DNA of 64,000 nt from Euglena gracilis (taxonomy: Eukaryota), in contig CP154954.1 in the NCBI GenBank assembly GCA_039621445.1, positions 2,418,001-2,482,000 on the forward strand, written 5' to 3'. This document shows, piece by piece, positions 62,301 to 64,000 of this stretch. The notes beneath the pieces were generated by a model. That model did no database searches, was not told the origin of the DNA, and saw only the letters and a program-made list of their open reading frames with translations. Position 1 is the stretch's first letter; each line of letters begins with the position of its first letter. The position numbers were made by a program, and so were the translations under genes.

Positions 62301-64000
62301 AAAAATGTGTCGGAAGAGGGCAATGATATTTTGCATAATTGGCAGTTTTTTTGGACATTTTTTGCAGTTTCGAGTTTTTGGTGCCTGGTTCAACCCGGGT
62401 CCGGCCCAGTTCCAGCCCGGGACCCGGGGGGGGGGGGTCAGCCAGCAACCTTTTTCCAGGCCAGCCCAAGTTTTCCAGCCTCTGCGATGGACCCCCTTGA
62501 TCCAAATGATGACCTAAAATGGCAACGGAGTGTGAGATTGCCAAAAATGTTTTTAAATAAGATAGGAAGTGTTTGTTGTTGCTTCATTTCAGATTTTGCA
62601 CTCCTCCTTTGACCATGAGTGCTTGCGGATCGGAGTTCTGTTTCAACCTTTTGGAGGAAATCGATGTGCATGCAGTTCAACGCTGATTGGTGGAAATTCA
62701 AAACCAGATTTTTGATTGGGAAAAAAATGGCCCCCAAAAATATGTTTCCATTGTTTCCATTTCTGTCAGCCCCTAAAAGGACTAAAATGGCCAACACCGC
62801 GTTAAATGACCTAAACCCCCCTCCAAATAGCCTGGCGGGGCCCTTGCTCCTGGCGGGGGCCGAATAACCTGGCGGGGGGCAAAAAAAGATGGTTCCGGTA
62901 ACTTGGCACCCCCCTTTTTAGGCAAATTCCTTCACAGCGCTGAAAAAAAAAAGAGAGCCCAAATAGCCTGGCATGGGGGAGGGGCAGGGCCAAAAGTTGG
63001 TTCCAATAACCTGGCACCCCGCCAGGGCATTGGGGGGGGGGGGTCACAATGACCTCAAATGGCCCGAAATGATCCGCCCATACGGGGCCAAAAAGTCATC
63101 TTCGGATTTTTAGGTTTTTTTACGGCATTTGGGCCACTTTAGGAAGTGCCGATGCCCGTGGCCCATCCCGTGCGGCGGCAGCTGGTGGCGCAGTACGCCC
63201 GGCACCCGGACTTCGACGTGGCCGACATCTTCGTGGGCAACCACAAGCGGCCTGGCCAGTGCTGCGGGGTTCGCCTCCGCGGGGTGGGGGTGGCGCACAA
63301 CACCGCAGAGCACACCGCGCAGAAGCAAACTCACTTCGGGCCATAACACCGAAATCCGAATTGGAAGTTCCAGCTGTTTGTTTGGGCTGTTTAGGGGGTC
63401 AAGGCTTGAAGTCAAGGAGTTTTTGGCCCAAATCCAACTCCCCCAAAATGACCCTGAAACCAAATGGGCAATTTTTAGCAAAGTACAGCATTTTTGATGT
63501 TGGTCAGTCACATGGAAATGGCCAAAAATAGTTTGGGGGGGGGTTTCAACCAAAAAAAATCGTCCCCAGCGGCTTTCATTTTTCTTCGCTGGGGGTTTAT
63601 AAATCAAGCTTTGGTTGGTCATCATGGGGGGGGGGGTTATGAGTGGGGGGGGGTATGACAGTGGGGGGATTATAACTGAAGAGGCAGTTCCCCCCCCATT
63701 TATAAACCTCCCCCCTTCGGCTGACCAACCAAACCAGATCTCATAAACCCGGGGGGTTTGTGGGTTGGGGGGTTCCGTCCATCCTTTTGAACGGAACGGG
63801 GGACAATAGCTGTGTGATTGAGAACCACCCCAAGGGCCAAGCGTTGAGGTAATGCCGAAGGGGTGGAGGAACCATGAGCGGCAGTGGAAGCAGCACCAGT
63901 GGTATGGGATGGGGTCCAATTCGGCTTAAGCGACACCCTGGTCAGGATTCCAAATTTTCCGGGGACCAAAGAAAAAAAGCCTGTTTTGCAATTGAAGATG
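58642..64000 (+). repeat. Large segmental duplication, copy C (more diverged, lacks a ~3.2 kb block, has one inverted segment)
   Basis: 58642-61265 matches 23738-26370, then jumps to the equivalent of ~12932 (CAATTTCGACC). Many substitutions relative to A and B. Confidence 0.92.
58861..59275. mobile_element. TIR element / putative non-conventional intron 58858-59280 (second copy 23961-24378; right-truncated copies at ~40088 and ~49601)
   Basis: TIR CAGGGATTT / AAATCCCTG. Flanks AGGGGGAC and GCGGGGAC (6/8 match). Confidence 0.8.

Noticed and set aside
8000-64000. The many 60-320 aa ORFs in the track
   Set aside because: They are Pro/Gly/Phe/Lys-rich products of homopolymer and repeat DNA, overlap on both strands, and change frame between duplicate copies.
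1-64000. rRNA, tRNA, spliced-leader RNA genes or an autonomous transposase
   Set aside because: I recognised no such sequence by eye; a covariance-model or HMM scan would be needed to exclude them.

Overview
Eukaryotic, intron- and repeat-rich genomic DNA, most likely from a euglenid such as Euglena. This is inferred from long G/C homopolymer tracts, TTAGGG repeats, and GT-AG introns occurring alongside N3-CAG...CTG-N5 stem-loop introns. I see no intact protein-coding or RNA gene, and nearly all ORF-track entries are noise from repeats. Layout: (1) 1-7934 holds retroelement-like debris, namely the end of a CCHC zinc-knuckle ORF and a decayed coiled-coil/gag-like/RRM-like ORF. (2) 7935-50878 is a nested mosaic of segmental duplications: a ~16 kb tandem pair, a ~9.5 kb tandem pair, and ~1.0 kb and ~645 bp sub-arrays. 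(3) 50879-58641 is mostly single-copy. (4) 58642-64000 is a third, more diverged copy of the large unit. Short GC3-rich exon islands, all on +, resemble glycosyltransferases (GT31 clearly, GT90 probably, GT61 weakly). The main finding is several unrelated TIR elements lying inside these coding islands, two with perfect 8-bp target-site duplications (hAT-like). Cutting 3 nt before the left TIR and 5 nt after the right TIR, which is the euglenid non-conventional intron geometry, removes the element plus exactly one 8-bp duplication and leaves an open, protein-like frame. This suggests hAT-type MITEs acting as self-neutralising introns. Some stretches look like long-read consensus errors.
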